Positions 1 through 15,580 are shown, counted from the first letter of the stretch. The stretch: 64,000 nt of DNA from the human T2T-CHM13v2.0 reference genome, Homo sapiens (GCF_009914755.1 NC_060943.1); one strand, 5' to 3'. A program made the numbers and translations. Notes: generated by a model from the sequence alone, not told the origin.

Positions 1-144
1 ATAAAAACTAGACAGAGTGATTCTCAGAAACTCCTTTGTGATGTCTGCGTTCAACTCACAGAGTTTAACCTTTCTTTTCATAGAGCAGTTAGGAAACACT
101 CTGTTTGTAAAGTCTGCAAGTGGATATTCAGACCTCCTTGAGGC

Positions 145-161
145 CTTCGTTGGAAACGGGA
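145..161 (+). promoter_or_regulatory. CENP-B box (first of about 188 box positions, one per ~340 bp)
   Basis: CTTCGTTGGAAACGGGA, an exact canonical 17-mer with the core TTCG....A..CGGG. It repeats at 485, 825 and onward throughout the window. Confidence 0.97.
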
Positions 162-313
162 TTTCTTCATATTTTGCTATACAGAAGAATTCTCAGAAAC
201 TTCCTTGTGTTGTGTGTATTCAACTCACAGAGTTGAACGATCGTTTACACAGAGCAGACTTGAGACACTCTTTTTGTTGAATTTGTAAGTGGAGATTTCA
301 GCCGCTTTGAGGT

Positions 314-330
314 CAATGGTAGAAAAGGAA
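314..330 (+). promoter_or_regulatory. A-box / pJalpha-like site in the alternate (A-type) monomer (first instance)
   Basis: CAATGGTAGAAAAGGAA lies at the position homologous to the CENP-B box, 169 bp after one box and 171 bp before the next. It resembles the pJalpha motif. Many copies carry AGAATAGGAA instead. Confidence 0.6.
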
Positions 331-1299
331 ATATCTTCATATAAAAACTAGACAGAATGATTCTCAGAAACTCCTTTGTGATGTGTGCGTTCAACTCACA
401 GAGTTTAACCTTTCTTTTCATAGAGCAGTTAGGAAACACTCTGTTTGTAAAGTCTGCAAGTGGATATTCAGACCTCTTTGAGGCCTTCGTTGGAAACGGG
501 ATTTCTTCATATTATGCTAGACAGAAGAATTCTCAGTAACTTCCTTGTGTTGTGTGTATTCAACTCACAGAGTTGAACGATCCTTTACACAGAGCAGTCT
601 TGAAACACTCTTTTTGTGGAATTTGCAAGTGGAGATTTCAGCCGCTTTGAGGTCAATGGTACAAAAGGAAATATCTTCGTATAAAAACTAGACAGAATGA
701 TTCTCAGAAACTCCTTTGTGATGTGTGCGTTCAACTCACAGAGTTTAACCTTTCTTTTCATAGAGCAGATAGGAAACACTCTGTTTGTAACTTCTGCAAG
801 TGGATATTCAGACCTCCTTGAGGCCTTCGTTGGAAACGGGATTTCTTCATATTATGCTAGACAGAAGAATTCTCAGTAACTTCCTTGTGTTGTGTGTATT
901 CAACTCACAGAGTTGAACGATCCTTTACACAGAGCAGACTTGAAACACTCTTTTTGTGGAATTTGCAAGTGGAGATTTCAGCCGCTTTGAGTTCAATGGT
1001 AGAATAGGAAATATCTTCCTATAGAAACTAGACAGAATGATTCTCAGAAACTCCTTTGTGATGTGTGCGTTCAACTCACAGAGTTCAACCTTTCTTTTCA
1101 TAGAGCAGTTGGGAAACACTCTGTTTGTAAAGTCTGCAAGTGGATATTCAGACTTCTTTGAGGCCTTCGTTGGAAGCGGGATTTCTTCATATTCTGCTAG
1201 ACAGAAGAATTCTCAGTAACTTCCTTGTGTTGTGTGTATTCAACTCACAGAGTTGAACGATCCTTTACACAGAGCAGACTTGAAACACTCTTTTTGTGG

Positions 1300-4200
1300 A
1301 ATTTGCAAGTGGAGATTTCAGCCGCTTTGAGGTCAATGGTAGAATAGGAAATATCTTCCTATAGAAACTAGACAGAATGAATCTCAGAAACTCCTTTGTG
1401 ATGTGTGCGTTCAACTCACAGAGTTTAACCTTTCTTTTCATAGAGCAGTTAGGAAACACTCTGTTTGTAAAGTCTGCAAGTGGATATTCAGACATCCTTG
1501 AGGCTTTCGTTAGAAACGAAATTTCTTCATATTCTGCTAGAAAGAAGAATTCTCAGTAACTTCCTTGTGTTGTGTGTATTCAGCTCACAGAGTTGAACGA
1601 TCCTTTACACAGAGCAGACTTGAAACACTCTTTTTGTGGAATTTGCAAGTGGAGATTTCAGCCGCTTTGAGGTCCATGGTAGAAAAGGAAATATCTTCGT
1701 ATAAAAACTAGACAGAATGATTCTCAGAAACTCCTTTGTGATGTGTGCGTTCAACTCACAGAGTTTAACCTTTCTTTTCATAGAGCAGTTAGGAAACACT
1801 CTGTTTGTAAAGTCTGCAAGTGGATATTCAGACCTCCTTGAGGCCTTCGTTGGAAACGGGATTTCTTCATATTATGCTAGACAGAAGAATTCTCAGTAAC
1901 TTCCTTGTGTTGTGTGTATTCAACTCACAGAGTTGAACGATCCTTTACACAGAGCAGACTTGAAACACTCTTTTTGTGGAATTTGCAAGTGGAGATTTCA
2001 GCCGCTTTGAGTTCAATGGTAGAATAGGAAATATCTTCCTATAGAAACTAGACAGAATGAATCTCAGAAACTCCTTTGTGATGTGTGCGTTCAACTCACA
2101 GAGTTTAACCTTTCTTTTCATAGAGCAGTTAGGAAACACTCTGTTTGTAAAGTCTGCAAGTGGATATTCAGACATCCTTGAGGCTTTCGTTGGAAACGGG
2201 ATTTCTTCATATTCTGCTAGAAAGAAGAATTCTCAGTAACTTCCTTGTGTTGTGTGTATTCAACTCACAGAGTTGAACGATCCTTTACACAGAGCAGACT
2301 TGAAACACTCTTTTTGTGGAATTTGCAAGTGGAGATTTCAGCCGCTTTGAGGTCAATGGTAGAAAAGGAAATATCTTCGTATAAAAACTAGACAGAGTGA
2401 TTCTCAGAAACTCCTTTGTGATGTGTGCGTTCAACTCACAGAGTTTAACCTTTCTTTTCATAGAGCAGTTAGGAAACACTCTGTTTGTAAAGTCTGCAAG
2501 TGGATATTCAGACCTCCTTGAGGCCTTCGTTGGAAACGGGATTTCTTCATATTATGCTAGACAGAAGAATTCTCAGTAACTTCCTTGTGTTGTGTGTATT
2601 CAACTCACAGAGTTGAACGATCCTTTACACAGAGCAGACTTGAAACACTCTTTTTGTGGAATTTGCAAGTGGAGATTTCAGCCGCTTTGAGTTCAATGGT
2701 AGAATAGGAAATATCTTCCTATAGAAACTAGACAGAATGATTCCCAGAAACTCCTTTGTGATGTGTGCGTTCAACTCACAGAGTTCAACCTTTCTTTTCA
2801 TAGAGCAGTTGGGAAACACTCTGTTTGTAAAGTCTGCAAGTGGATATTCAGACTTCTTTGAGGCCATCGTTGGAAGCGGGATTTCTTCATATTCTGCTAG
2901 ACAGAAGAATTCTCAGTAACTTCCTTGTGTTGTGTGTATTCAACTCACAGAGTTGAACGATCCTTTACACAGAGCAGACTTGAAACACTCTTTTTGTGGA
3001 ATTTGCAAGTGGAGATTTCAGCCGCTTTGAGGTCAATGGTAGAATAGGAAATATCTTCCTATAGAAACTAGACAGAATGAATCTCAGAAACTCCTTTGTG
3101 ATGTGTGCGTTCAACTCACAGAGTTTAACCTTTCTTTTCATAGAGCAGTTAGGAAACACTCTGTTTGTAAAGTCTGCAAGTGGATATTCAGACATCCTTG
3201 AGGCTTTCGTTGGAAACGGGATTTCTTCATATTCTGCTAGAAAGAAGAATTCTCAGTAACTTCCTTGTGTTGTGTGTATTCAACTCACAGAGTTGAACGA
3301 TCCTTTACACAGAGCAGACTTGAAACACTCTTTTTGTGGAATTTGCAAGTGGAGATTTCAGCCGCTTTGAGGTCAATGGTAGAAAAGGAAATATCTTCGT
3401 ATAAAAACTAGACAGAATGATTCTCAGAAACTACATTGTGATGTGTGCGTTCAACTCACAGAGTTTAACCTTTCTTTTCATAGAGCAGTTAGGAAACACT
3501 CTGTTTGTAAAGTCTGCAAGTGGATATTCAGACCTCCTTGAGGCCTTCGTTGGAAACGGGATTTCTTCATATTATGCTAGACAGAAGAATTCTCAGTAAC
3601 TTCCTTGTGTTCTGTGTATTCAACTCACAGAGTTGAACGATCCTTTACACAGAGCAGACTTGAAACACTCTTTTTGTGGAATTTGCAAGTGGAGATTTCA
3701 GCCGCTTTGAGGTCAATGGTAGAATAGGAAATATCTTTCTATAGAAACTAGACAGAATGATTCTGAGAAACTCCTTTGTAATGTGTGCGTTCAACTCACA
3801 GAGTTTAACCTTTCTTTTCATAGAGCAGTTAGGAAACACTCTGTTTGTAAAGTCTGCAAGTGGATATTCAGACCTCCTTGAGGCCTTCGTTGGAAACGGG
3901 ATTTCTTCATATTATGCTAGACAGAAGAATTCTCAGTAACTTCCTTGTGTTGTGTGTATTCAACTCACAGAGTTGAACGATCCTTTACACAGAGCAGACT
4001 TGAAACACTCTTTTTGTGGAATTTGCAAGTGGAGATTTCAGCCGCTTTTAGTTCAATGGTAGAATAGGAAATATCTTCCTATAGAAACTAGACAGAATGA
4101 TTCTCAGAAACTCCTTTGTGATGTGTGCGTTCAACTCACAAAGTTCAACCTTTCTTTTCATAGAGCAGTTGGGAAACACTCTGTTTGTAAAGTCTGCAAG

Positions 4201-7200
4201 TGGATATTCAGACTTCTTTGAGGCCTTCGTTGGAAGCGGGATTTCTTCATATTCTGCTAGACAGAAGAATTCTCAGTAACTTCCTTGTGTTGTGTGTATT
4301 CAACTCACAGAGTTGAACGATCCTTTACACAGAGCAGACTTGAAACACTCTTTTTGTGGAATTTGCAAGTGGAGATTTCAGCCGCTTTGAGGTCAATGGT
4401 AGAATAGGAAATATCTTCCTATAGAAACTAGACAGAATGATTCTCAGAAACTCCTTTGTGATGTGTGCATTCAACTCACAGAGTTTAACCTTTCTTTTCA
4501 TAGAGCAGTTAGGAAACACTCTGTTTGTAAAGTCTGCAAGTGGATATTCAGACCTCTTTGAGGCCTTCGTTGGAAACGGGATTTCTTCATATTATGCTAG
4601 ACAGAAGAATTCTCAGTAACTTCCTTGTGTTGTGTGTATTCAACTCACAGAGTTGAACGATCCTTTACACAGAGTAGACTTGAAACACTCTTTTTGTGGA
4701 ATTTGCAAGTGGAGATTTCAGCCGCTTTGAGGTCAATGGTAGAATAGGAAATATCTTCCTATAGAAACTAGACAGAATGAATCTCAGAAACTCCTTTGTG
4801 ATGTGTGCGTTCAACTCACAGAGTTTAACCTTTCTTTTCATAGAGCAGTTAGGAAACACTCTGTTTGTAAAGTCTGCAAGTGGATATTCAGACATCCTTG
4901 AGGCTTTCGTTGGAAACGGGATTTCTTCATATTCTGCTAGAAAGAAGAATTCTCAGTAACTTCCTTGTGTTGTGTGTATTCAACTCACAGAGTTGAACGA
5001 TCCTTTACACAGAGCAGACTTGAAACACTCTTTTTGTGGAATTTGCAAGTGGAGATTTCAGCCGCTTTGAGGTCAATGGTAGAAAAGGAAATATCTTCGT
5101 ATAAAAACTAGACAGAATGATTCTCAGAAACTCCTTTGTGATGTGTGCGTTCAACTCACAGAGTTTAACCTTTCTTTTCATAGAGCAGTTAGGAAACACT
5201 CTGTTTGTAAAGTCTGCAAGTGGATATTCAGACCTCCTTGAGGCCTTCGTTGGAAACGGGATTTCTTCATATTATGCTAGACAGAAGAATTCTCAGTAAC
5301 TTCCTTGTGTTCTGTGTATTCAACTCACAGAGTTGAACGATCCTTTACACAGAGCAGACTTGAAACACTCTTTTTGTGGAATTTGCAAGTGGAGATTTCA
5401 GCCGCTTTGAGGTCAATGGTAGAATAGGAAATATCTTTCTATAGAAACTAGACAGAATGATTCTGAGAAACTCCTTTGTAATGTGTGCGTTCAACTCACA
5501 GAGTTTAACCTTTCTTTTCATAGAGCAGTTAGGAAACACTCTGTTTGTAAAGTCTGCAAGTGGATATTCAGACCTCCTTGAGGCCTTCGTTGGAAACGGG
5601 ATTTCTTCATATTATGCTAGACAGAAGTATTCTCAGTAACTTCCTTGTGATGTGTGTATTCAACTCACAGAGTTGAACGATCCTTTACACAGAGCAGACT
5701 TGAAACACTCTTTTTGTGGAATTTGCAAGTGGAGATTTCAGCCGCTTTGAGTTCAATGGTAGAATAGGAAATATCTTCCTATAGAAACTAGACAGAATGA
5801 TTCTCAGAAACTCCTTTGTGATGTGTGCGTTCAACTCACAAAGTTCAACCTTTCTTTTCATAGAGCAGTTGGGAAACACTCTGTTTGTAAAGTCTGCAAG
5901 TGGATATTCAGACTTCTTTGAGGCCTTCGTTGGAAGCGGGATTTCTTCATATTCTGCTAGACAGAAGAATTCTCAGTAACTTCCTTGTGTTGTGTGTATT
6001 CAACTCACAGAGTTGAACGATCCTTTACACAGAGCAGACTTGAAACACTCTTTTTGTGGAATTTGCAAGTGGAGATTTCAGCCGCTTTGAGGTCAATGGT
6101 ATAATAGGAAATATCTTCCTATAGAAACTAGACAGAATGATTCTCAGAAACTCCTTTGTGATGTGTGCATTCAACTTACAGAGTTTAACCTTTCTTTTCA
6201 TAGAGCAGTTAGGAAACACTCTGTTTGTAAAGTCTGCAAGTGGATATTCAGACCTCTTTGAGGCCTTCGTTGGAAACGGGATTTCTTCATATTATGCTAT
6301 ACAGAAGAATTCTCAGTAACTTCCTTGTGTTGTGTGTATTCAACTCACAGAGTTGAACGATCCTTTACACAGAGCAGACTTGAAACACTCTTTTTGTGGA
6401 ATTTGCAATTGGAGATTTCAGCCGCTTTGAGGTCAATGGTAGAAAAGGAAATATCTTCGTATAAAAACTAGACAGAATGATTCTCAGAAACTACATTGTG
6501 ATGTGTGCGTTCAACTCACAGAGTTTAACCTTTCTTTTCATAGAGCAGTTAGGAAACACTCTGTTTGTAAAGTCTGCAAGTGGATATTCAGACCTCCTTG
6601 AGGCCTTCGTTGGAAACGGGATTTCTTCATATTATGCTAGACAGAAGAATTCTCAGTAACTTCCTTGTGTTCTGTGTATTCAACTCACAGAGTTGAACGA
6701 TCCTTTACACAGAGCAGACTTGAAACACTCTTTTTGTGGAATTTGCAAGTGGAGATTTCAGCCGCTTTGAGGTCAATGGTAGAATAGGAAATATCTTTCT
6801 ATAGAAACTAGACAGAATGATTCTGAGAAACTCCTTTGTAATGTGTGCGTTCAACTCACAGAGTTTAACCTTTCTTTTCATAGAGCAGTTAGGAAACACT
6901 CTGTTTGTAAAGTCTGCAAGTGGATATTCAGACCTCCTTGAGGCCTTCGTTGGAAACGGGATTTCTTCATATTATGCTAGACAGAAGAATTCTCAGTAAC
7001 TTCCTTGTGTTGTGTGTATTCAACTCACAGAGTTGAACGATCCTTTACACAGAGCAGACTTGAAACACTCTTTTTGTGGAATTTGCAAGTGGAGATTTCA
7101 GCCGCTTTGAGTTCAATGGTAGAATAGGAAATATCTTCCTATAGAAACTAGACAGAATGATTCTCAGAAACTCCTTTGTGATGTGTGCGTTCAACTCACA

Positions 7201-10200
7201 AAGTTCAACCTTTCTTTTCATAGAGCAGTTGGGAAACACTCTGTTTGTAAAGTCTGCAAGTGGATATTCAGACTTCTTTGAGGCCTTCGTTGGAAGCGGG
7301 ATTTCTTCATATTCTGCTAGACAGAAGAATTCTCAGTAACTTCCTTGTGTTGTGTGTATTCAACTCACAGAGTTGAACGATCCTTTACACAGAGCAGACT
7401 TGAAACACTCTTTTTGTGGAATTTGCAAGTGGAGATTTCAGCCGCTTTGAGGTCAATGGTATAATAGGAAATATCTTCCTATAGAAACTAGACAGAATGA
7501 TTCTCAGAAACTCCTTTGTGATGTGTGCATTCAACTCACAGAGTTTAACCTTTCTTTTCATAGAGCAGTTAGGAAACACTCTGTTTGTAAAGTCTGCAAG
7601 TGGATATTCAGACCTCTTTGAGGCCTTCGTTGGAAACGGGATTTCTTCATATTATGCTAGACAGAAGAATTCTCAGTAACTTCCTTGTGTTGTGTGTATT
7701 CAACTCACAGAGTTGAACGATCCTTTACACAGAGTAGACTTGAAACACTCTTTTTGTGGAATTTGCAAGTGGAGATTTCAGCCGCTTTGAGGTCAATGGT
7801 AGAATAGGAAATATCTTCCTATAGAAACTAGACAGAATGAATCTCAGAAACTCCTTTGTGATGTGTGCGTTCAACTCACAGAGTTTAACCTTTCTTTTGA
7901 TAGAGCAGTTAGGAAACACTCTGTTTGTAAAGTCTGCAAGTGGATATTCAGACATCCTTGAGGCTTTCGTTGGAAACGGGATTTCTTCATATTCTGCTAG
8001 AAAGAAGAATTCTCAGTAACTTCCTTGTGTTGTGTGTATTCAACTCACAGAGTTGAACGATCCTTTACACAGAGCAGACTTGAAACACTCTTTTTGTGGA
8101 ATTTGCAAGTGGAGATTTCAGCCGCTTTGAGGTCAATGGTAGAAAAGGAAATATCTTCGTATAAAAACTAGACAGAATGATTCTCAGAAACTCCTTTGTG
8201 ATGTGTGCGTTCAACTCACAGAGTTTAACCTTTCTTTTCATAGAGCAGTTAGGAAACACTCTGTTTGTAAAGTCTGCAAGTGGATATTCAGACCTCCTTG
8301 AGGCCTTCGTTGGAAACGGGATTTCTTCATATTATGCTAGACAGAAGAATTCTCAGTAACTTCCTTGTGTTCTGTGTATTCAACTCACAGAGTTGAACGA
8401 TCCTTTACACAGAGCAGACTTGAAACACTCTTTTTGTGGAATTTGCAAGTGGAGATTTCAGCCGCTTTGAGGTCAATGGTAGAATAGGAAATATCTTCCT
8501 ATAGAAACTAGACAGAATGAATCTCAGAAACTCCTTTGTGATGTGTGCGTTCAACTCACAGAGTTTAACCTTTCTTTTCATAGAGCAGTTAGGAAACACT
8601 CTGTTTGTAAAGTCTGCAAGTGGATATTCAGACATCCTTGAGGCTTTCGTTAGAAACGAAATTTCTTCATATTCTGCTAGAAAGAAGAATTCTCAGTAAC
8701 TTCCTTGTGTTGTGTGTATTCAGCTCACAGAGTTGAACGATCCTTTACACAGAGCAGACTTGAAACACTCTTTTTGTGGAATTTGCAAGTGGAGATTTCA
8801 GCCGCTTTGAGGTCCATGGTAGAAAAGGAAATATCTTCGTATAAAAACTAGACAGAATGATTCTCAGAAACTCCTTTGTGATGTGTGCGTTCAACTCACA
8901 GAGTTTAACCTTTCTTTTCATAGAGCAGTTAGGAAACACTCTGTTTGTAAAGTCTGCAAGTGGATATTCAGACCTCCTTGAGGCCTTCGTTGGAAACGGG
9001 ATTTCTTCATATTATGCTAGACAGAAGAATTCTCAGTAACTTCCTTGTGTTGTGTGTATTCAACTCACAGAGTTGAACGATCCTTTACACAGAGCAGACT
9101 TGAAACACTCTTTTTGTGGAATTTGCAAGTGGAGATTTCAGCCGCTTTGAGTTCAATGGTAGAATAGGAAATATCTTCCTATAGAAACTAGACAGAATGA
9201 ATCTCAGAAACTCCTTTGTGATGTGTGCGTTCAACTCACAGAGTTTAACCTTTCTTTTCATAGAGCAGTTAGGAAACACTCTGTTTGTAAAGTCTGCAAG
9301 TGGATATTCAGACATCCTTGAGGCTTTCGTTGGAAACGGGATTTCTTCATATTCTGCTAGAAAGAAGAATTCTCAGTAACTTCCTTGTGTTGTGTGTATT
9401 CAACTCACAGAGTTGAACGATCCTTTACACAGAGCAGACTTGAAACACTCTTTTTGTGGAATTTGCAAGTGGAGATTTCAGCCGCTTTGAGGTCAATGGT
9501 AGAAAAGGAAATATCTTCGTATAAAAACTAGACAGAATGATTCTCAGAAACTCCTTTGTGATGTGTGCGTTCAACTCACAGAGTTTAACCTTTCTTTTCA
9601 TAGAGCAGTTAGGAAACACTCTGTTTGTAAAGTCTGCAAGTGGATATTCAGACCTCCTTGAGGCCTTCGTTGGAAACGGGATTTCTTCATATTATGCTAG
9701 ACAGAAGAATTCTCAGTAACTTCCTTGTGTTGTGTGTATTCAACTCTCAGAGTTGAACGATCCTTTACACAGAGCAGACTTGAAACACTCTTTTTGTGGA
9801 ATTTGCAAGTGGAGATTTCAGCCGCTTTGAGTTCAATGGTAGAATAGGAAATATCTTCCTATAGAAACTAGACAGAATGATTCCCAGAAACTCCTTTGTG
9901 ATGTGTGCGTTCAACTCACAGAGTTCAACCTTTCTTTTCATAGAGCAGTTGGGAAACACTCTGTTTGTAAAGTCTGCAAGTGGATATTCAGACTTCTTTG
10001 AGGCCATCGTTGGAAGCGGGATTTCTTCATATTCTGCTAGACAGAAGAATTCTCAGTAACTTCCTTGTGTTGTGTGTATTCAACTCACAGAGTTGAACGA
10101 TCCTTTACACAGAGCAGACTTGAAACACTCTTTTTGTGGAATTTGCAAGTGGAGATTTCAGCCGCTTTGAGGTCAATGGTAGAATAGGAAATATCTTCCT

Positions 10201-13200
10201 ATAGAAACTAGACAGAATGAATCTCAGAAACTCCTTTGTGATGTGTGCGTTCAACTCACAGAGTTTAACCTTTCTTTTCATAGAGCAGTTAGGAAACACT
10301 CTGTTTGTAAAGTCTGCAAGTGGATATTCAGACATCCTTGAGGCTTTCGTTGGAAACGGGATTTCTTCATATTCTGCTAGAAAGAAGAATTCTCAGTAAC
10401 TTCCTTGTGTTGTGTGTATTCAACTCACAGAGTTGAACGATCCTTTACACAGAGCAGACTTGAAACACTCTTTTTGTGGAATTTGCAAGTGGAGATTTCA
10501 GCCGCTTTGAGGTCAATGGTAGAAAAGGAAATATCTTCGTATAAAAACTAGACAGAATGATTCTCAGAAACTACATTGTGATGTGTGCGTTCAACTCACA
10601 GAGTTTAACCTTTCTTTTCATAGAGCAGTTAGGAAACACTCTGTTTGTAAAGTCTGCAAGTGGATATTCAGACCTCCTTGAGGCCTTCGTTGGAAACGGG
10701 ATTTCTTCATATTATGCTAGACAGAAGAATTCTCAGTAACTTCCTTGTGTTCTGTGTATTCAACTCACAGAGTTGAACGATCCTTTACACAGAGCAGACT
10801 TGAAACACTCTTTTTGTGGAATTTGCAAGTGGAGATTTCAGCCGCTTTGAGGTCAATGGTAGAATAGGAAATATCTTTCTATAGAAACTAGACAGAATGA
10901 TTCTGAGAAACTCCTTTGTAATGTGTGCGTTCAACTCACAGAGTTTAACCTTTCTTTTCATAGAGCAGTTAGGAAACACTCTGTTTGTAAAGTCTGCAAG
11001 TGGATATTCAGACCTCCTTGAGGCCTTCGTTGGAAACGGGATTTCTTCATATTATGCTAGACAGAAGAATTCTCAGTAACTTCCTTGTGTTGTGTGTATT
11101 CAACTCACAGAGTTGAACGATCCTTTACACAGAGCAGACTTGAAACACTCTTTTTGTGGAATTTGCAAGTGGAGATTTCAGCCGCTTTTAGTTCAATGGT
11201 AGAATAGGAAATATCTTCCTATAGAAACTAGACAGAATGATTCTCAGAAACTCCTTTGTGATGTGTGCGTTCAACTCACAAAGTTCAACCTTTCTTTTCA
11301 TAGAGCAGTTGGGAAACACTCTGTTTGTAAAGTCTGCAAGTGGATATTCAGACTTCTTTGAGGCCTTCGTTGGAAGCGGGATTTCTTCATATTCTGCTAG
11401 ACAGAAGAATTCTCAGTAACTTCCTTGTGTTGTGTGTATTCAACTCACAGAGTTGAACGATCCTTTACACAGAGCAGACTTGAAACACTCTTTTTGTGGA
11501 ATTTGCAAGTGGAGATTTCAGCCGCTTTGAGGTCAATGGTAGAATAGGAAATATCTTCCTATAGAAACTAGACAGAATGATTCTCAGAAACTCCTTTGTG
11601 ATGTGTGCATTCAACTCACAGAGTTTAACCTTTCTTTTCATAGAGCAGTTAGGAAACACTCTGTTTGTAAAGTCTGCAAGTGGATATTCAGACCTCTTTG
11701 AGGCCTTCGTTGGAAACGGGATTTCTTCATATTATGCTAGACAGAAGAATTCTCAGTAACTTCCTTGTGTTGTGTGTATTCAACTCACAGAGTTGAACGA
11801 TCCTTTACACAGAGTAGACTTGAAACACTCTTTTTGTGGAATTTGCAAGTGGAGATTTCAGCCGCTTTGAGGTCAATGGTAGAATAGGAAATATCTTCCT
11901 ATAGAAACTAGACAGAATGAATCTCAGAAACTCCTTTGTGATGTGTGCGTTCAACTCACAGAGTTTAACCTTTCTTTTCATAGAGCAGTTAGGAAACACT
12001 CTGTTTGTAAAGTCTGCAAGTGGATATTCAGACATCCTTGAGGCTTTCGTTGGAAACGGGATTTCTTCATATTCTGCTAGAAAGAAGAATTCTCAGTAAC
12101 TTCCTTGTGTTGTGTGTATTCAACTCACAGAGTTGAACGATCCTTTACACAGAGCAGACTTGAAACACTCTTTTTGTGGAATTTGCAAGTGGAGATTTCA
12201 GCCGCTTTGAGGTCAATGGTAGAAAAGGAAATATCTTCGTATAAAAACTAGACAGAATGATTCTCAGAAACTCCTTTGTGATGTGTGCGTTCAACTCACA
12301 GAGTTTAACCTTTCTTTTCATAGAGCAGTTAGGAAACACTCTGTTTGTAAAGTCTGCAAGTGGATATTCAGACCTCCTTGAGGCCTTCGTTGGAAACGGG
12401 ATTTCTTCATATTATGCTAGACAGAAGAATTCTCAGTAACTTCCTTGTGTTCTGTGTATTCAACTCACAGAGTTGAACGATCCTTTACACAGAGCAGACT
12501 TGAAACACTCTTTTTGTGGAATTTGCAAGTGGAGATTTCAGCCGCTTTGAGGTCAATGGTAGAATAGGAAATATCTTTCTATAGAAACTAGACAGAATGA
12601 TTCTGAGAAACTCCTTTGTAATGTGTGCGTTCAACTCACAGAGTTTAACCTTTCTTTTCATAGAGCAGTTAGGAAACACTCTGTTTGTAAAGTCTGCAAG
12701 TGGATATTCAGACCTCCTTGAGGCCTTCGTTGGAAACGGGATTTCTTCATATTATGCTAGACAGAAGTATTCTCAGTAACTTCCTTGTGATGTGTGTATT
12801 CAACTCACAGAGTTGAACGATCCTTTACACAGAGCAGACTTGAAACACTCTTTTTGTGGAATTTGCAAGTGGAGATTTCAGCCGCTTTGAGTTCAATGGT
12901 AGAATAGGAAATATCTTCCTATAGAAACTAGACAGAATGATTCTCAGAAACTCCTTTGTGATGTGTGCGTTCAACTCACAAAGTTCAACCTTTCTTTTCA
13001 TAGAGCAGTTGGGAAACACTCTGTTTGTAAAGTCTGCAAGTGGATATTCAGACTTCTTTGAGGCCTTCGTTGGAAGCGGGATTTCTTCATATTCTGCTAG
13101 ACAGAAGAATTCTCAGTAACTTCCTTGTGTTGTGTGTATTCAACTCACAGAGTTGAACGATCCTTTACACAGAGCAGACTTGAAACACTCTTTTTGTGGA

Positions 13201-15580
13201 ATTTGCAAGTGGAGATTTCAGCCGCTTTGAGGTCAATGGTATAATAGGAAATATCTTCCTATAGAAACTAGACAGAATGATTCTCAGAAACTCCTTTGTG
13301 ATGTGTGCATTCAACTTACAGAGTTTAACCTTTCTTTTCATAGAGCAGTTAGGAAACACTCTGTTTGTAAAGTCTGCAAGTGGATATTCAGACCTCTTTG
13401 AGGCCTTCGTTGGAAACGGGATTTCTTCATATTATGCTAGACAGAAGAATTCTCAGTAACTTCCTTGTGTTGTGTGTATTCAACTCACAGAGTTGAACGA
13501 TCCTTTACACAGAGCAGACTTGAAACACTCTTTTTGTGGAATTTGCAATTGGAGATTTCAGCCGCTTTGAGGTCAATGGTAGAAAAGGAAATATCTTCGT
13601 ATAAAAACTAGACAGAATGATTCTCAGAAACTACATTGTGATGTGTGCGTTCAACTCACAGAGTTTAACCTTTCTTTTCATAGAGCAGTTAGGAAACACT
13701 CTGTTTGTAAAGTCTGCAAGTGGATATTCAGACCTCCTTGAGGCCTTCGTTGGAAACGGGATTTCTTCATATTATGCTAGACAGAAGAATTCTCAGTAAC
13801 TTCCTTGTGTTCTGTGTATTCAACTCACAGAGTTGAACGATCCTTTACACAGAGCAGACTTGAAACACTCTTTTTGTGGAATTTGCAAGTGGAGATTTCA
13901 GCCGCTTTGAGGTCAATGGTAGAATAGGAAATATCTTTCTATAGAAACTAGACAGAATGATTCTGAGAAACTCCTTTGTAATGTGTGCGTTCAACTCACA
14001 GAGTTTAACCTTTCTTTTCATAGAGCAGTTAGGAAACACTCTGTTTGTAAAGTCTGCAAGTGGATATTCAGACCTCCTTGAGGCCTTCGTTGGAAACGGG
14101 ATTTCTTCATATTATGCTAGACAGAAGAATTCTCAGTAACTTCCTTGTGTTGTGTGTATTCAACTCACAGAGTTGAACGATCCTTTACACAGAGCAGACT
14201 TGAAACACTCTTTTTGTGGAATTTGCAAGTGGAGATTTCAGCCGCTTTGAGTTCAATGGTAGAATAGGAAATATCTTCCTATAGAAACTAGACAGAATGA
14301 TTCTCAGAAACTCCTTTGTGATGTGTGCGTTCAACTCACAAAGTTCAACCTTTCTTTTCATAGAGCAGTTGGGAAACACTCTGTTTGTAAAGTCTGCAAG
14401 TGGATATTCAGACTTCTTTGAGGCCTTCGTTGGAAGCGGGATTTCTTCATATTCTGCTAGACAGAAGAATTCTCAGTAACTTCCTTGTGTTGTGTGTATT
14501 CAACTCACAGAGTTGAACGATCCTTTACACAGAGCAGACTTGAAACACTCTTTTTGTGGAATTTGCAAGTGGAGATTTCAGCCGCTTTGAGGTCAATGGT
14601 ATAATAGGAAATATCTTCCTATAGAAACTAGACAGAATGATTCTCAGAAACTCCTTTGTGATGTGTGCATTCAACTCACAGAGTTTAACCTTTCTTTTCA
14701 TAGAGCAGTTAGGAAACACTCTGTTTGTAAAGTCTGCAAGTGGATATTCAGACCTCTTTGAGGCCTTCGTTGGAAACGGGATTTCTTCATATTATGCTAG
14801 ACAGAAGAATTCTCAGTAACTTCCTTGTGTTGTGTGTATTCAACTCACAGAGTTGAACGATCCTTTACACAGAGTAGACTTGAAACACTCTTTTTGTGGA
14901 ATTTGCAAGTGGAGATTTCAGCCGCTTTGAGGTCAATGGTAGAATAGGAAATATCTTCCTATAGAAACTAGACAGAATGAATCTCAGAAACTCCTTTGTG
15001 ATGTGTGCGTTCAACTCACAGAGTTTAACCTTTCTTTTGATAGAGCAGTTAGGAAACACTCTGTTTGTAAAGTCTGCAAGTGGATATTCAGACATCCTTG
15101 AGGCTTTCGTTGGAAACGGGATTTCTTCATATTCTGCTAGAAAGAAGAATTCTCAGTAACTTCCTTGTGTTGTGTGTATTCAACTCACAGAGTTGAACGA
15201 TCCTTTACACAGAGCAGACTTGAAACACTCTTTTTGTGGAATTTGCAAGTGGAGATTTCAGCCGCTTTGAGGTCAATGGTAGAAAAGGAAATATCTTCGT
15301 ATAAAAACTAGACAGAATGATTCTCAGAAACTCCTTTGTGATGTATGCGTTCAACTCACAGAGTTTAACCTTTCTTTTCATAGAGCAGTTAGGAAACACT
15401 CTGTTTGTAAAGTCTGCAAGTGGATATTCAGACCTCCTTGAGGCCTTCGTTGGAAACGGGATTTCTTCATATTATGCTAGACAGAAGAATTCTCAGTAAC
15501 TTCCTTGTGTTCTGTGTATTCAACTCACAGAGTTGAACGATCCTTTACACAGAGCAGACTTGAAACACTCTTTTTGTGGA
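1300..15580 (+). repeat. Tandem duplication, unit 7140 bp (21 dimers / 42 monomers), 2 copies
   Basis: Rare SNVs recur at exactly +7140: TAGAAACGAA 1511/8651, GGTCCATGG 1671/8811, TTCCCAG 2741/9881, GCTTTTA 4044/11184, TCAACTTACA 6171/13311, TTTTGATAG 7896/15036. Confidence 0.95.
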